Origin: Eledone cirrhosa
Lineage: Eukaryota
Direction of reading: 5' to 3'
DNA: 64,000 bases
Assembly: GCA_964016885.1 (NCBI GenBank)
Contig: OZ024743.1
Coordinates: 343,976,001-344,040,000, forward strand
The notes under the pieces were generated by a model. That model was not told where the DNA came from and did not search any database. It worked only from the letters and a program-made list of their open reading frames with translations. Positions 13,301 to 26,574 of the stretch are shown here, in pieces; position 1 is the stretch's first letter; each line of letters begins with the position of its first letter. The translations under genes and the position numbers were made by a program.

Positions 13301-13804
13301 GCCTGGCAGTGCTACCGAGGGGCTTTACCCGTTCGAGAAAGGCTCTACAGACACGGGCGCCCGGGTAGGGACCCCGCCAAAAAGATCTGTCCCAGATGCG
13401 TGTGCGACGAGGAAACCGTTGCACACGCATTGGTACACTGCTCGGGCGTAGCCGATCTGTGGGGCTATGTCGAACAACTGCTGTCAAGGGTGGGACCTAT
13501 CCGGTTGACCACCGAGTCTATTGTAATGATCAAGCCGCCTCCCCTCTTCAAAGATGAAGCAGAGGCGGTGTTTCTGTGCGTAATAGCCATGGCGAAAGAG
13601 GTTGTATGGTGGACGCGTCTGAAAGGACTGAGGTCAGGCACCTTTCTCTCTGGCCAACAACTGGTCCGTTTCTTCCGATATCATTTCGGAAGAAGGATCA
13701 GGATGGAGAGAGAGGTGCTGCACCCCAGCCGTTTCTATGAAAGATGGGTGAAAGTGGCGAGAATGGCCCGTGTGAATGGGCCTTCACTCTACATCAGACT
13801 ATAG
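10367..13804 (+). CDS. Tx1/L1-group ORF2: APE endonuclease, reverse transcriptase and C-terminal zinc-binding domain
   Basis: APE motifs GCLNARG, LVGDWN, SYLDRF, YSDHK; RT motifs FRPITLLN, LDQSKAFDRV, IRQGCPLS, AYADD; CPRC...ETVAHALVHC; GPGYWKLN linker typical of Tx1/L1. ATG at 10367 in an ACCAACATGG context. Confidence 0.96.
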   Translation: MAMLRVGCLNARGLGSTWKQAMLLNDLRSQRIDVMVICEARISNVRQLAPTFDDFEMHASLCQPGGGGGVVVLLQKHLGLATQMVHLDPEDRLVVLDLGSGKGGAFRLVAAYGPFGSMRPDFFHRLETFLGTSRSLLLVGDWNGILDARWYYVGACPDREGCNSLKGLIGRFDLADRYRLDFPTAPTWTWANRSGSSRSYLDRFLVRIKDKDFLSCPKMRMVGYSDHKLVTCMVNLDRTHRQGPGYWKLNLSLPASRAYRNRISTLVKERLTGAIVNSRWWVSLKREIRVVSIEFSKVLAADRNRKERELIDRVEEAIRSGDVARVLASRTALSQFFDAKHEGCVVRSKIRALGNEGTKAVSWARVTEANSGTKSTIRSLRDLDGRAILDPKQMCEAFQRHFARLFGRGGEPVGNVDFGPYLDGLPRLSDREAKSCEEPISAAEIEDVLSQCGKRKSPRLDGLPYELYLAMPDLFPDLLEAVYCNWQQNGRIPCTVTKGVVTLVRKDENKGDEISNFRPITLLNTELQILAKVLAKRLALVVGNLVGDAQTCAIPSRSIHDNLHLMRYIIERVGNEPGFGGALINLDQSKAFDRVDHGYLDAVLAAAGFGPVFRGWITAMHSSRICSRVKVNGYLSEPFKIARSIRQGCPLSSRLYVLTLEPLLRKLELLQGIPLEPGLRKAVSAYADDVTVMVSTASEIEAVGTLLEEYEKFTGAKLNRDKSIGLQLGTWRGRPMPSDGVVGRWTEGPVKLLGVWFGPDLQVEKNWAEVTNRVFALTQKWASCKLSLKGRAEVANTYIASVIYYRLTVVPCPRETLTEMERALFQFLWKRRAPMVRRSICCQHPSKGGLGMPWLMMRKHALRLRHLYVFLTGQPVWASFVRRTFPRLVSLTELQSWVKQRPRKLGAWHTECAQALTALWQADPVISGDTTATFYRGLVRSRCDDALGEALDMEEDELASLFGRTFSPGPMDNFQKSLAWQCYRGALPVRERLYRHGRPGRDPAKKICPRCVCDEETVAHALVHCSGVADLWGYVEQLLSRVGPIRLTTESIVMIKPPPLFKDEAEAVFLCVIAMAKEVVWWTRLKGLRSGTFLSGQQLVRFFRYHFGRRIRMEREVLHPSRFYERWVKVARMARVNGPSLYIRL

Positions 13805-14068
13805 GTGAGGAAGATAAAAGACCAAGGGAGCACCCCTTCTCTGTGCTCCTGAGGAGAAGGGTTGCACACTTTTTTCGGGGGTGTGTGCGACCCCCACAAG
13901 GCGCCTCATCCCTATTGAAGATTTTGTTATTCAATTTATTTTTGTTATATCTTATTTTATTTTTATATTTTGTTATTGCCTCCTCCTTAGTGAGGACACC
14001 TTTTTATGTAAACTCCCCCCTTTGTACTTGTCCCACTTTTGATGCCCTAGTGGCAAATAAAAGAAACA

Positions 14069-14130
<62 letters not shown>
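14069..14130 (+). repeat. (TCTA)n 3' of Tx1 copy 3
   Basis: Tetranucleotide run, decaying to TGTC/TCTA downstream. Confidence 0.97.
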
Positions 14131-15019
14131 CTTGTTCTATTTATGTCTGTCTATCTATCACCATGTAACAAGAACAATACGCTATCTGTATGGTAGCGAG
14201 TTTGCACTATATATTCATATACACACACACGGATATATATATGAATAATCATATATATGTATAGACATGCATGTCTGTTTATACCTATATGTAAGTCTAC
14301 ACACACACACACACATGTATATATATATGCATATATACATACAAGTATGCCTCCGTCTGTCCACCCAACCACCCATACACACATATACATATATATATGT
14401 TCTTGATTACCTTTTTTAAAATCCATGACTAAGAAAAAAGTGTCACATCACTCTTGGGACTTTGTGCGTTGATTTACCTGCGTTTTCACTAATTACAACT
14501 CAAACTGTTAATAACATTATTACCTGTAACGAACCCGTATTTTGTCTTGCCATAATTATTACTGGCACGCCGAAACCTATCAAAGAATATTCTATTAAAA
14601 CATCTACAGCTAGATCTATCTACAGCTGCAACAAAAACAACACCAATAACTGCAACAACAAAAACCACAATAAAGACCTACAACAACAACAACAATAACA
14701 ACAACAAAAACAATACTAATAATAATAAAAGTAACATTGCAAAAATAACAACACCAACATCATCAACAATAAATGTAAACATGAAAAGATGGTAATAAGA
14801 AAATAATAAGCAAAGTCTCAGATAAATAGAATAATACTAGAAAGGAAAATTATCAGTCACATGAGGTGTACGTTTATACTCAATGATTCCTGTAATCTGT
14901 CAGTTTTGTTTTGTAGATGAGGTTTTTAATTATGTATTTTATTTGATTGGTTAAGCAAATTAAGAATTACTCGCTTCCCCACTACTGTTATTAAAAATTG
15001 ACTACTGTTTAAGTGGAAA

Positions 15020-16948
<1,929 letters not shown>

Positions 16949-17329
16949 TATATATATATATATGCAACTGTTTCGGCCCTTAACTTCTTACACTTTAAGG
17001 CAACCGAGTCGTATTTACGTCATAACTCATGGGTGTCCTTCTACTGACACCTTTTAGCCACTTGAATATCTGAAACTTGTGTATTTAAACCGCATTGGGA
17101 TTCTTTTTCTCATCGACAATATTCAGTTGGAATTTCTTTCTGTTGCCTCTGCCTTCAAACTTATATCTAAATGCTTTCTTGTGTTGTGTTGAAATATAAT
17201 GAAGCTGATTACGAATATCAAGCGTATAACTGAGGGGAAATGTTCCACGGGGGCGTTCTGCACCTCAAATAAAACTTTCGTAGATGCTTAAGACTATTAA
17301 ACGAATCCAGCGAATCATATTCTATTCAA

Positions 17330-17462
17330 TTATTCTGTCAGCCGGGGCCGTGGGGCGGCCAGCACCTGGGACTCCATTTGCTCATAATATAGAGAGATTG
17401 GGAGGGCGAGAGAGATGGAGGCAATGACAGTGGGAGTTCGGCTCTTCCGTGTTCGGACACAT
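17330..17462 (+). mobile_element. CRE-clade LINE extreme 3' end fragment
   Basis: Similar to 26754-26885 (TATTCTGTC..GGGGCCGT.G.GCGGCCAGC..GGGAC.CCATTTGCTCA). Confidence 0.6.
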
Positions 17463-18134
17463 TTATCAGACTGTAGGTTTTATGTAAGTCAAGTGTCTGC
17501 AAAGAATGATTCAGAACGATCATTAGATGTAAAATTTGCGGGAATGTAATGACGCTGATTTCTTAACATTAGTACAAGGTCTCATTTTTTGGAGGGATTT
17601 TTAAATTCGATTATATCTATTTTCAGAGCATTTGACCGGTATGGTATATACTTTATTGAACCAGAAAGTATGAAGAAGAATGAATACCCTGATAGAATTT
17701 AAACTCAGCCATAAAGAAACGTAAGAAAATATCACATATATTTTGTCGCTCTACTGATTTTGCTAAGTCACTGTGAAACATAAATAGCCCTACATATTCT
17801 ATAAGGTGTTAGAAGAAAAATCAATTTATTTGGCGAGGTTTTCTAATACAGTCATATGATGTATTTTTTTAAATAGCGGGACATTAGTTCACTTTTATGA
17901 GTGTAATTCTTCGAATTAAACATATTCAAACGTTACAGTGCATATATGGTTAATATATAATAGTTTTACAGTTAATCTGTGTGATTAATATGCAGACTAT
18001 ACATTGGATGAAAGACAAAACTAACCTCGGCAGGATTTGAGCTCAGAACGTAAAGGGACGTAACTATATGCCACGAAGCATGGTATCCAACGCTCTACCG
18101 ATACTGCCATTACACCGCTCTTAATATATCAGGA

Positions 18135-18346
18135 ACGATCGACATTCGTCAAATCGGACCGAGGAAACAATGTTTCCATTGGTCTTTCCAATTGCTAATA
18201 TTATCTATCGGTCGCAACTCCAGAGAGAAGGAGCAACGTGAAATAAAGTGTCTTGCTCAAGGACATAACGCATCGCCCGGTCCGGGAATCGAACTCACAA
18301 CCTCACGATTGCGAATCCAATTCTTTAACCACTCAGCCACACGCCT
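18135..18346 (-). mobile_element. tRNA-derived SINE family B
   Basis: Minus strand A box TGGCTGAGTGG, B box AGTTCGATTCC, then TGTCCTTGAGCAAGACACTTT; near-identical copies at 39163 and 47494. Confidence 0.85.
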
Positions 18347-18377
18347 ACACTTCTTAATATATATATGTATATATTTA

Positions 18378-18563
18378 TAATGGTTTCTGATTTAGGCACA
18401 AGGCCAAGAATTTGCGTTACTGGTGCTTTATTTTATCAACACCCGTAAGGATGAAAAGCAAAGCTAACCTCAGCGGGATTTGAAATTAGAACGTAAAGGG
18501 CCGTAACTATATACCACGAAGCATGTTGTCCGACGCTCTACCGATACTGCCAATCCACCTCCC
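18378..18563 (-). mobile_element. SINE family A
   Basis: Matches the reverse complement of the full copy at 22985-23167. Confidence 0.8.
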
Positions 18564-19224
18564 TATATATATAATATATAAATGGTTAAGGACTTTATGA
18601 TAAACTTTAAACTTAAATGGTGCATTTATACACATGAAACATTACAGAAAAATGTGACAGAACCGCTTGCGGGAATCGAGCCACTTACTTGTGAACTGGT
18701 CAACTGCATAGATCACTGTAAGAAGACGACCTGATAGTTTTTCAACATCAAATATTATATATATGTGCATGAATGGGTATATGTCTACCTATGCGCGTTT
18801 ACGTACGTGCATGTGAGCGCGCGCTCATGTATGTGTGTTTAGTGAACGCGTGTGTCCTTGAGTAACAACAGAGTAATGGAAGCAATTCCTCAAGGAAAGA
18901 AGAAACGGCAGCCACAAAAGAGTCTCTTTCCCTCGCTCACTTCCCTCTATCCCCACTTCTTTGTGTGACCACTCCAATATCTATCTCCCTGTAGGTTTAC
19001 ATATTTAAATAATTAGATACTTTATACAATTAGATATTTTATACAATAATTAGATACTTTATACAATTATAAATCTGCTAATAATTGTTTCTACTTTTGG
19101 CACAAGGCCACCAATTACCCAGTACATTACTGGTACTTTATTTTATCGACCCCGTAAGGATGAAAGGCAAAATAATGGTTAGCTACAACAGTGTATGTCC
19201 GTGAAACATATACACCAGGTCCGA

Positions 19225-19365
19225 ACTAAAAAAAAAAAAACCCCACTGTCACCGCCTCCGTCCCTCCCGCTCTATCCATCTCTCACTATTATCAGCAAAT
19301 GGAAGCCGACGCACTGGCCGCCCCGCGACACCGGGGGACAGAATAGAGAAAGCGTTTCCCCGGGG
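19225..19365 (-). mobile_element. CRE-clade LINE 3' end fragment
   Basis: Reverse complement matches 26740-26885 (GGGAAACGCTTTCTCTATTCTGTCC..CGGCCAG..CCATTTGCT). Confidence 0.6.
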
Positions 19366-20278
19366 TTTAACTATTTTCTGGCTTCCATTCTTCACCTCTA
19401 TGCCATTCCTTCTCTGAATGCTACGCATATTCGGTCTTTCTTGACATGGCCACCCAAATGTTTACCTCGGTTTGCTTTTTTCTCCAGTATCGTGTCTCAT
19501 TTCAGTTCAAGGACCGCCGTCCGAACGAGTTTATCTTTTTTTAAAAATTCATCCTAAGTGGATGCACATTATAACCTGCTTTGTTTTCAGTTTTGTTTTC
19601 AGTGTCGAACATCCCATGTTTCGTATGTACACATTGCGTCTATTTATCATTGCTACCTGAAAGACAAATTGTATGTTATGTTATGAATCTGTTGGGTCTC
19701 GTCTTATAGTTGCTAGCAACTAATCTCTTTAACTGCTGGTGTTCTGGGATAAACGATACGATCTTGTCCATATAATGCATCAAAATCGTGATGTTATTCA
19801 GGAAACAGTTGGTGATATGGGGACGATTCTGTTTATCGGTTTTTCGTTGCTTGGGCTTAGATTTATGTATGTATGTATGTATGTATGTATGTATGTATGT
19901 ATGTATGTATGTATGTATGTATGTATGTATGTATTATTTCTTCGATGGCCGGCCCCTGTATATGTTTCCAAATGTAAGGGTTTATTAGGAAATTTCAATG
20001 TTTATTTAAGGTTTTGCCGTCTGAAATAGAAAATAGGTTTTGCCGTCTGAAATAGAAAATAAAAAAATAAAAAAATAGAGGACCGATTCGAATCGGGGAC
20101 AGCCTGCCAATTTGGTGTTATATGGATAGTAGACGATCCCCGAAATTAACACCTGCCATTGGATAACACATCTACGAAGGATGATTTGATGAGTGGTTTA
20201 ATTCATTTGTTTCATTATCGTTTACCAATCCGAACCACCAGTTTTACCCATAGGTAAACTGCGTGACATAAATGATAA

Positions 20279-20347
<69 letters not shown>

Positions 20348-20362
20348 CACACACACACACAC

Positions 20363-20408
<46 letters not shown>

Positions 20409-20662
20409 TATTTGGAGAGGGTTATGGTGTTATAATATTGCCAGAAATATATAATAAAACACACTCACTGTTTGGTTAAGACTGGTTTTCGCTTACATAT
20501 GCGTTATTATCCTTTTCTACTCTTTTTTCTACTGATCTTTTGTTTTTCTGATGAACTTTCTGTTTCTATATCTTTAAGTTTGATTATTGCGTTCTTCATC
20601 ATTTATGTATTCAATTGACGCGATTCAACCGCCTCATACACTTGTAAATAAAAAGTATACTT

Positions 20663-20799
20663 CATTGTTTCTGTGGAAGACGGTGAGATGGATCTAGGAT
20701 ATCGAGACTAATAATAGATGGTGGCATAACCACTTTCTATCAGTCAATATATCGATTTATCACGATCATTCAACCCTCTGAAACGATCGTAAAACAATG
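20663..20799 (+). ncRNA. Degenerate type I hammerhead ribozyme with long stem II
   Basis: CATTGTTT-CTGTGGA-(about 100-nt hairpin)-GAAA-CGATCG-TA-AAACAATG. Perfect 8-bp stem I, palindromic stem III, but A6 is U. Confidence 0.6.
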
Positions 20800-20847
20800 A
20801 ACTAATTAAGAACCCATCTTCGCCTTTTGTTTTAATTTCATTGTTCA

Positions 20848-20910
<63 letters not shown>

Positions 20911-20939
20911 TTATATATGACTCTGTAACTCGATTAGAA

Positions 20940-21278
20940 TCTTCGATCTGGGATGCCACACAATGTGACACCTACTCAAGTAGAAACCTGGTGCGTTCGG
21001 CTACCAGCCCAAGCTCTGCTGCCTACCAAGCCGAAGAGAGCAAACTGTCCAAGTATCGGCCGCTCTCGGATAGCTTCGTGGTAGAGCCTGTAGCAGTGGA
21101 GACTTCCAATGTTCTTGGCCCCCGGACCACATCCCTACTCATTGCTATCGGAGCGGAGTTGGCCGCCTGCATGTGTGAGCCTCGCGAGGTGGAGTGGTTA
21201 TTCCAGCGCATCTCCTTCGCCGTCCTCCAGGGCAATGTATTCTTCATCTTGTCGGTCGGACCGAGAAGTGGAGGGTAA
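20940..21278 (+). mobile_element. CRE-clade non-LTR retrotransposon remnant (restriction-like endonuclease C-terminus)
   Basis: IWDATQCDTY...AAYQAEESKLSKY...EPVAVETSNVLGP...EPREVEWLFQRISFAVLQGN fits the CRE RLE domain pattern. Confidence 0.8.
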
Positions 21279-21540
21279 ATTAGTTGGTAGTGGAGGATAC
21301 TCGTCCGGGCGTCACTTACATTCATATTTTAAAGACGAGGGATTAAACAAGGTCGTCAAAAATAGAAAGTTTATGCGATGAAAGCCAAATACTATTGCTC
21401 TCACAGTACGACCTCATTGGAATCATCTCTTCAAGACTGTATGGAGTTCTATCAACGTTATTTGTTTTACCATAAGCAGGTGGATATCAGTATATATATA
21501 CTCAATATTGGAGTAGAGTTTTAATATTCATTTTATTAAG

Positions 21541-21647
21541 GCTAAATAGTGAGTCTTGTTACTTTGGAATTTCGTCTTTTTGATGACCCTATGATAAACA
21601 GGCGAAACTCCAGAGCTAGAAGACTCACTATTTAGTCTTAATAAAAC

Positions 21648-21650
<3 letters not shown>
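21541..21650. mobile_element. Fold-back remnant of an HHR element (3' half GGC-GAAA-CTCCAGAG), same family as 60905-61084
   Basis: Inverted arms CTAAATAGTGAGTCTT / AAGACTCACTATTTAG; abuts (TA)n. Confidence 0.5.
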
Positions 21651-21686
<36 letters not shown>

Positions 21687-21689
<3 letters not shown>

Positions 21690-22315
21690 TGAATCTTCGC
21701 TTATCTGGACGGTCAAAACCAAACAGTTAGAAAAAGATCCGGTTAAGTGAAATATCCGGATAAGTGAATTCTAAAATCCCATTGTTACATAATGCTCGTG
21801 GTTTCTAATGTTTTGGCTACTTTTAGTCAAAATAAAAGACAAATGCTAAGTAAAGAAAGTTTATTAGAATAACAAAAGAACAGCTAGAATTTATAAGAAA
21901 ATTAATTAAACAAACATAAGAATGACTAAAAACTTGGTAAAACTGAATTGAGTCAAACCATAACAAGTTAGTACTTTTTAAAAAAATGAATAAATAGAAG
22001 ATTGTTTTCGCGCCGAAGCTCGTCGTTCCGCTACCATTTCCAGCTGAACGGTCAACCACCTCCCTCATGTTCATCGCACGTAAACATGGAATCATTCCCG
22101 TGTCCCCTTTTCCGATCAAATCCCGCAGCAATTGTTTTCTGTAAATCCGCTTTAGTGTCTCCAAAACTTCCTGGTCCATTGGCTGAATAAGTGACGTAAC
22201 GTTCGCCCGAAGAAATGCTGCCCGAATCTGTCCGTCTGCCGGAGGTAGTATAGAAATAGCCGTCCGGTAAATCGAATTTCGGAAAAGCGATATCCGGATA
22301 AGCGAAGATGCACTG
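21687..22315 (-). mobile_element. pogo/Tigger-like DNA transposon, internally deleted
   Basis: TIRs CAGTG(A/C)ATCTTCGCTTATC(T/C)GGA with TA on both sides; DDE remnant FLRANVTSLIQPMDQEVLETLKRIYRKQLL on the minus strand. Confidence 0.88.
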
Positions 22316-22764
22316 TATATATATATATATGTATGTTTATGAGACACGCTAGGTTCTGAAGCCATGTGCGTTATTTCATATTCGCACACTATTCAGTCTT
22401 GTGATATACTTAGAAGTGGAGGGATTACTAGTATTTACAACCACCGAAGAGCAGAAAATTGGTGATTTCCTTCGCTTAATAATTTGCGTAACAGCTCCCA
22501 TAGCTGTCTGGGTGTTTCAGGCAGTTGCCCAATATAGGTTTGTTCTTCTTTTTCTTGATTTATTACTTTAAATTGAGCCTGGCAAACCATATTGTTATAG
22601 TTATTATTTTTTTCACCCTAGTGAACTTGGTCCTTTACAATTCGAACACATGTATGTTTATATTTGTGTTTACCTCTCTTGTATATTCAATTATATTACA
22701 CGGCTCAGAAAAACTTCTTTCTTGGAGCTATTTAATTGTAAGAGACTATTTGGAGTTTCTAACT

Positions 22765-22922
<158 letters not shown>

Positions 22923-22984
22923 ACAGGGAGAAAAAGACGATTATTAGGAAGAAAAATATATTTTTATTTTTATTATTATTATAG

Positions 22985-23167
22985 GGCGGTGGATTGGCAA
23001 TATCGGTAGAGGGTCGGACGCATAGAATTACGGCCCCTTCCATTCTGAGTTCAAATACCGCCGAGGTCAACTTTGCCTTTCATCCTTACGGGGTCGATAA
23101 AATAAAGTACCAGTAATACACTGGTTAATTGCTGGCCTTGTGCCAAAAGTGGAAACAATTATTATTA
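22985..23167 (+). mobile_element. SINE family A (Nin-type core), near full length
   Basis: GGCGGTGGATTGGCA head, GAGTTCAAA B-box-like motif, core CTTTGCCTTTCATCCTTACGGGGTCGATAAAATAAAGTACCAG, (ATT)n tail. Confidence 0.85.
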
Positions 23168-23287
23168 TATATACAGTATATATATATATATTAGAAATAG
23201 AATAGCTTTCACCGTATTTTTGACTAAAGAAATTTTAGCCTGATAATGGGGTTTAGAACCCTCAGATAAATGGTAAAAGATGAGTAT

Positions 23288-23358
23288 TGACGCACATGAG
23301 AGTCGAACCCACATCTTTGGTTATCCAGACCACTGTGCTACCATTACACCAACACATC
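23288..23358 (-). tRNA. tRNA-like cloverleaf (repeat copy)
   Basis: Reverse complement of 23953-24023 with few changes; another copy at 23535-23605. Confidence 0.5.
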
Positions 23359-23952
23359 ACCCATCTCCTTCCATTCAAATTAGAAGCTAGTATAAATGAC
23401 AAGTAAGTATGTTTTGAAACAGTGAGCGAGTTTGAAATTAGAAATAGAATAGCTTTCACCGTATTTTTGACTAAAGAAATTTTAGCCTGATAATGGGGTT
23501 TAGAACCCTCAGATAAATAGAAAAAGATGAGTATTGACGTACATGGGAGTCTAACCCACATCTTCGGTTATCCAGACCACTGTGCTACCATTACACCAAC
23601 ACATCACCCATCTCCTTCCATTCAAATTAGAAGCTACATTCTTAGCAAGTATAAATGACAAGTAAGTATGTTTTGAAACAGTGAGCGAGTTTTAAATTAG
23701 AAATAGAATAGCTTTCACCGTATTTTTGACTAAAGAAATTTTAGCCTGATAATGGAGTTTAGAACCCTCAGATAAATGGAAAAAGATGAGTATTGACGTA
23801 CATGGGAGTCGAACCCACATCTTTTGTTATCCAAATACGGTGAAAGCTATTCTATTTCTAATTTCAAACTCGCTCGCCGTTTCAAAACATACTTACTTGT
23901 CATTTATACTTGCTAAGAATGTAGCTTCTAATTTGAATGGAAGGAGATGGGT

Positions 23953-24023
23953 GATGTGTTGGTGTAATGGTAGCACAGTGGTCTGGATAACCAAAGAAGT
24001 GGGTTCGACTCCCATGTACGTCA
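23953..24023 (+). tRNA. tRNA-like cloverleaf (probable pseudo-tRNA / Pol III unit; anticodon position GGA, short variable loop)
   Basis: Acceptor GATGTGT/GTACGTC, D arm GTGT/GCAC with A box TGGTGTAATGG, anticodon arm TGGT-CTGGATA-ACCA, T arm GTGGG-TTCGACT-CCCAT, TTTTT about 9 nt downstream. Confidence 0.55.
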
Positions 24024-24838
24024 ATACTCATCTTTTTCCATTTATCTGAGGGTTCTAAACCCCATTATCAGGCTAAAATTTCTTTAGTCAAAAATACGGT
24101 GAAAGCTATTCTATTTCTAATTTCAAACTCGCTCACTGTTTCAAAACATACTTACTTGATATATATATATATATATATCTTTCTAATACCTATATTGCCA
24201 TGGCAACAAAAACACTGGAATTAATGTTTACTTCATATATATATTTAAACTATACCCATTTCACCTACGATACAACTATATACATCCCAAACATTAAACC
24301 TTACATAAACATTTCTACATTAACTCTAATATAAACAATTTTGAATGCTACTTATCTTATTTTACTTATATTATTCACATTACATAACATTTATTCATCA
24401 TATCATTACGTATCTATTTTTACCATAATGCATGCTATTTTTATTTATTTTTTAACATTCTGTATGTAATAAGCTTGATATATTCATTTTCTGCATTACC
24501 TCACGCATGCTTTTATTAATATTTTGTATACTTTGCTTCATATACCTTTATTATAACACGTTTCAATGCTATGATATCTTTTTACTGTAATATGTATTTG
24601 CTTGATATCTTTTTGCACCTGCATTACCTTTATGAATAACATTCTATATAATATGCTCACTATCACTTTATGTAATAACCTCTTCACAACAGCTCCTAAT
24701 ATCTTGCTATCTGTTTACTATAATACCATTTTGTTACTCTTGATTTTCAATATAATGTCACTGACACTGTTCATAATATTGTATCTTAATGAATGTTCTA
24801 AAGACTAGGAATTTAATTACTTGATTAAACAATATGTA

Positions 24839-24885
24839 TGCTCCGATGATTCCAAACATTTATCTGGAAGAAACGATCGTCAGCA
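24839..24885 (+). ncRNA. Minimal type I hammerhead ribozyme (U4C core variant)
   Basis: TGCT-CCGATGA-TTCCA(10-nt loop)TGGAA-GAAA-CGATCG-TC-AGCA. All three stems pair; palindromic ACGATCGT stem III; GUC triplet. Confidence 0.78.
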
Positions 24886-24938
24886 ATTAAATGTATTAAG
24901 CAAACATTTGATTGTTTTGTATTTTGTATTTTGTATTT

Positions 24939-24989
<51 letters not shown>

Positions 24990-25247
24990 GTGTGTGTATG
25001 TGCTTATGCGTTCGCATGATTGTGCATGGTGACTGGAAGTTTGAATAACTATTAGATCTAAATTTTCATTCGCTAAAAGTGACCCTCCTCTAAATAATAA
25101 TAATTATTTTCCTTACAAAGACCTTCAACGCCTTGTCAGAAAAGCTGAGACCACGAATACTTGGCATATATACAGCCTCTCTAAATACCACCACGAGTCG
25201 CGTAATGAGCGAGTAATCGCAAAACTAAGAGAGTAATCTCAGTAATG

Positions 25248-25294
<47 letters not shown>

Positions 25295-25329
25295 ATGTGT
25301 GCGTGCGCGTGTGTGTGTGTATGTATGTT

Positions 25330-25446
<117 letters not shown>

Positions 25447-25622
25447 GTATATATATTTGTATATATATTTGTATATATATGTATATATATTTGTGTGTGT
25501 CTATCTGTTTGTAATGTGGGTGTGTAGGTGTGTGGGTGTTTGTATTTATATATTTTTGCAATTATAAATATTAATTTGAGATCAAGATTGAGTGTATTTA
25601 TCTATTTACACATATATTTATG

Positions 25623-25677
<55 letters not shown>

Positions 25678-25731
25678 GCCTTTATCCACTCTTACACAAT
25701 TTGCTATGTTCTATATGCATTCAATCATAAG

Positions 25732-25773
<42 letters not shown>

Positions 25774-26574
25774 CATACTCACGTATACACACATACACAC
25801 ATACACATATATAAATATACATACATGTAAGAGAAACACATACCATTATCTATTATGTCTGACGTATCTGCCTATCACTCCGTCAGACAGACATCCAGTC
25901 AGGCAGTCAGTCTGATTGTAAAAAGATTTTAATTTGAAATTTTACGCTTCACTTTAAAAAATTTCTCTATCATATTAATTCTATTGTTTGATTCCAATTG
26001 TATTTTTTCCACATTATTTGTCTTTTCACATATGTTAGGGAACCATTTGTTTAGTTCTTGGTTTGTTTTTGTTGGTATTTCATTTAGTCAGATTTTAGAT
26101 TTTTTAAAAGTTTAAATTAAAAAAAATTATAAAAATAGAAATAAAAGCATCAAACAGCAATTTCTGTCTTTATTTATGCATTAAAAAAGACGACTTTAAA
26201 AAAATGTTTTTCTTCATTATTTTAATAGAGTTGTTGTTGTTAATGATATTGTTATTGTTGTTTTTGTTCTTGATGTTTTTGTTGTTGTTGTTGGTTGTAC
26301 AATAACTTAAAAGGCTTGCCAATGTAGAACATTCTTCAATTATATTATTTAACAAAGCAAAAATTTTCCACGTTCCCGTCATATTTTTTCAACTCCCTCT
26401 CTTCCTCATTCTCTTCCTTCTTATCTTCCTCTCAGTATGTATTTTTTTAATCCAGTGCAAGTTCTTTCTCTTTACACAGCAGGGTAGTACCCTGAAAAAT
26501 ATTGCCCCACGTCGCCGTCAATACTCCCACCCACAAAACAAGAGCCGCCGCAACTACCTCCATCAGGACACAAC

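Larger units (their letters stand above)
9062..14066 (+). mobile_element. Tx1-clade LINE copy 3 (5'-truncated within ORF1, intact ORF2)
   Basis: Starts at TCGAAC, homologous to 4871 in copy 2; ORF1, ORF2, 3' UTR with AATAAA; (TCTA)n on both sides. Confidence 0.95.
23190..24159. repeat. Tandem plus inverted array of a ~250-260-bp unit containing a tRNA-like sequence, embedded in (TA)n
   Basis: About 2.5 units in one orientation (starting about 23190, 23437 and 23696), inversion junction at about 23833, then about 1.25 units in the opposite orientation. Confidence 0.9.

Noticed and set aside
23236-23280. CTGATAA-hairpin-GATA in the tRNA-like unit as a possible HHR
   Set aside because: Both core boxes deviate in all copies and stems I and III do not pair.
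25095-25145. Minus-strand CTGACAA...GAAA motif
   Set aside because: G8 is missing, and stems I and II are unsupported.
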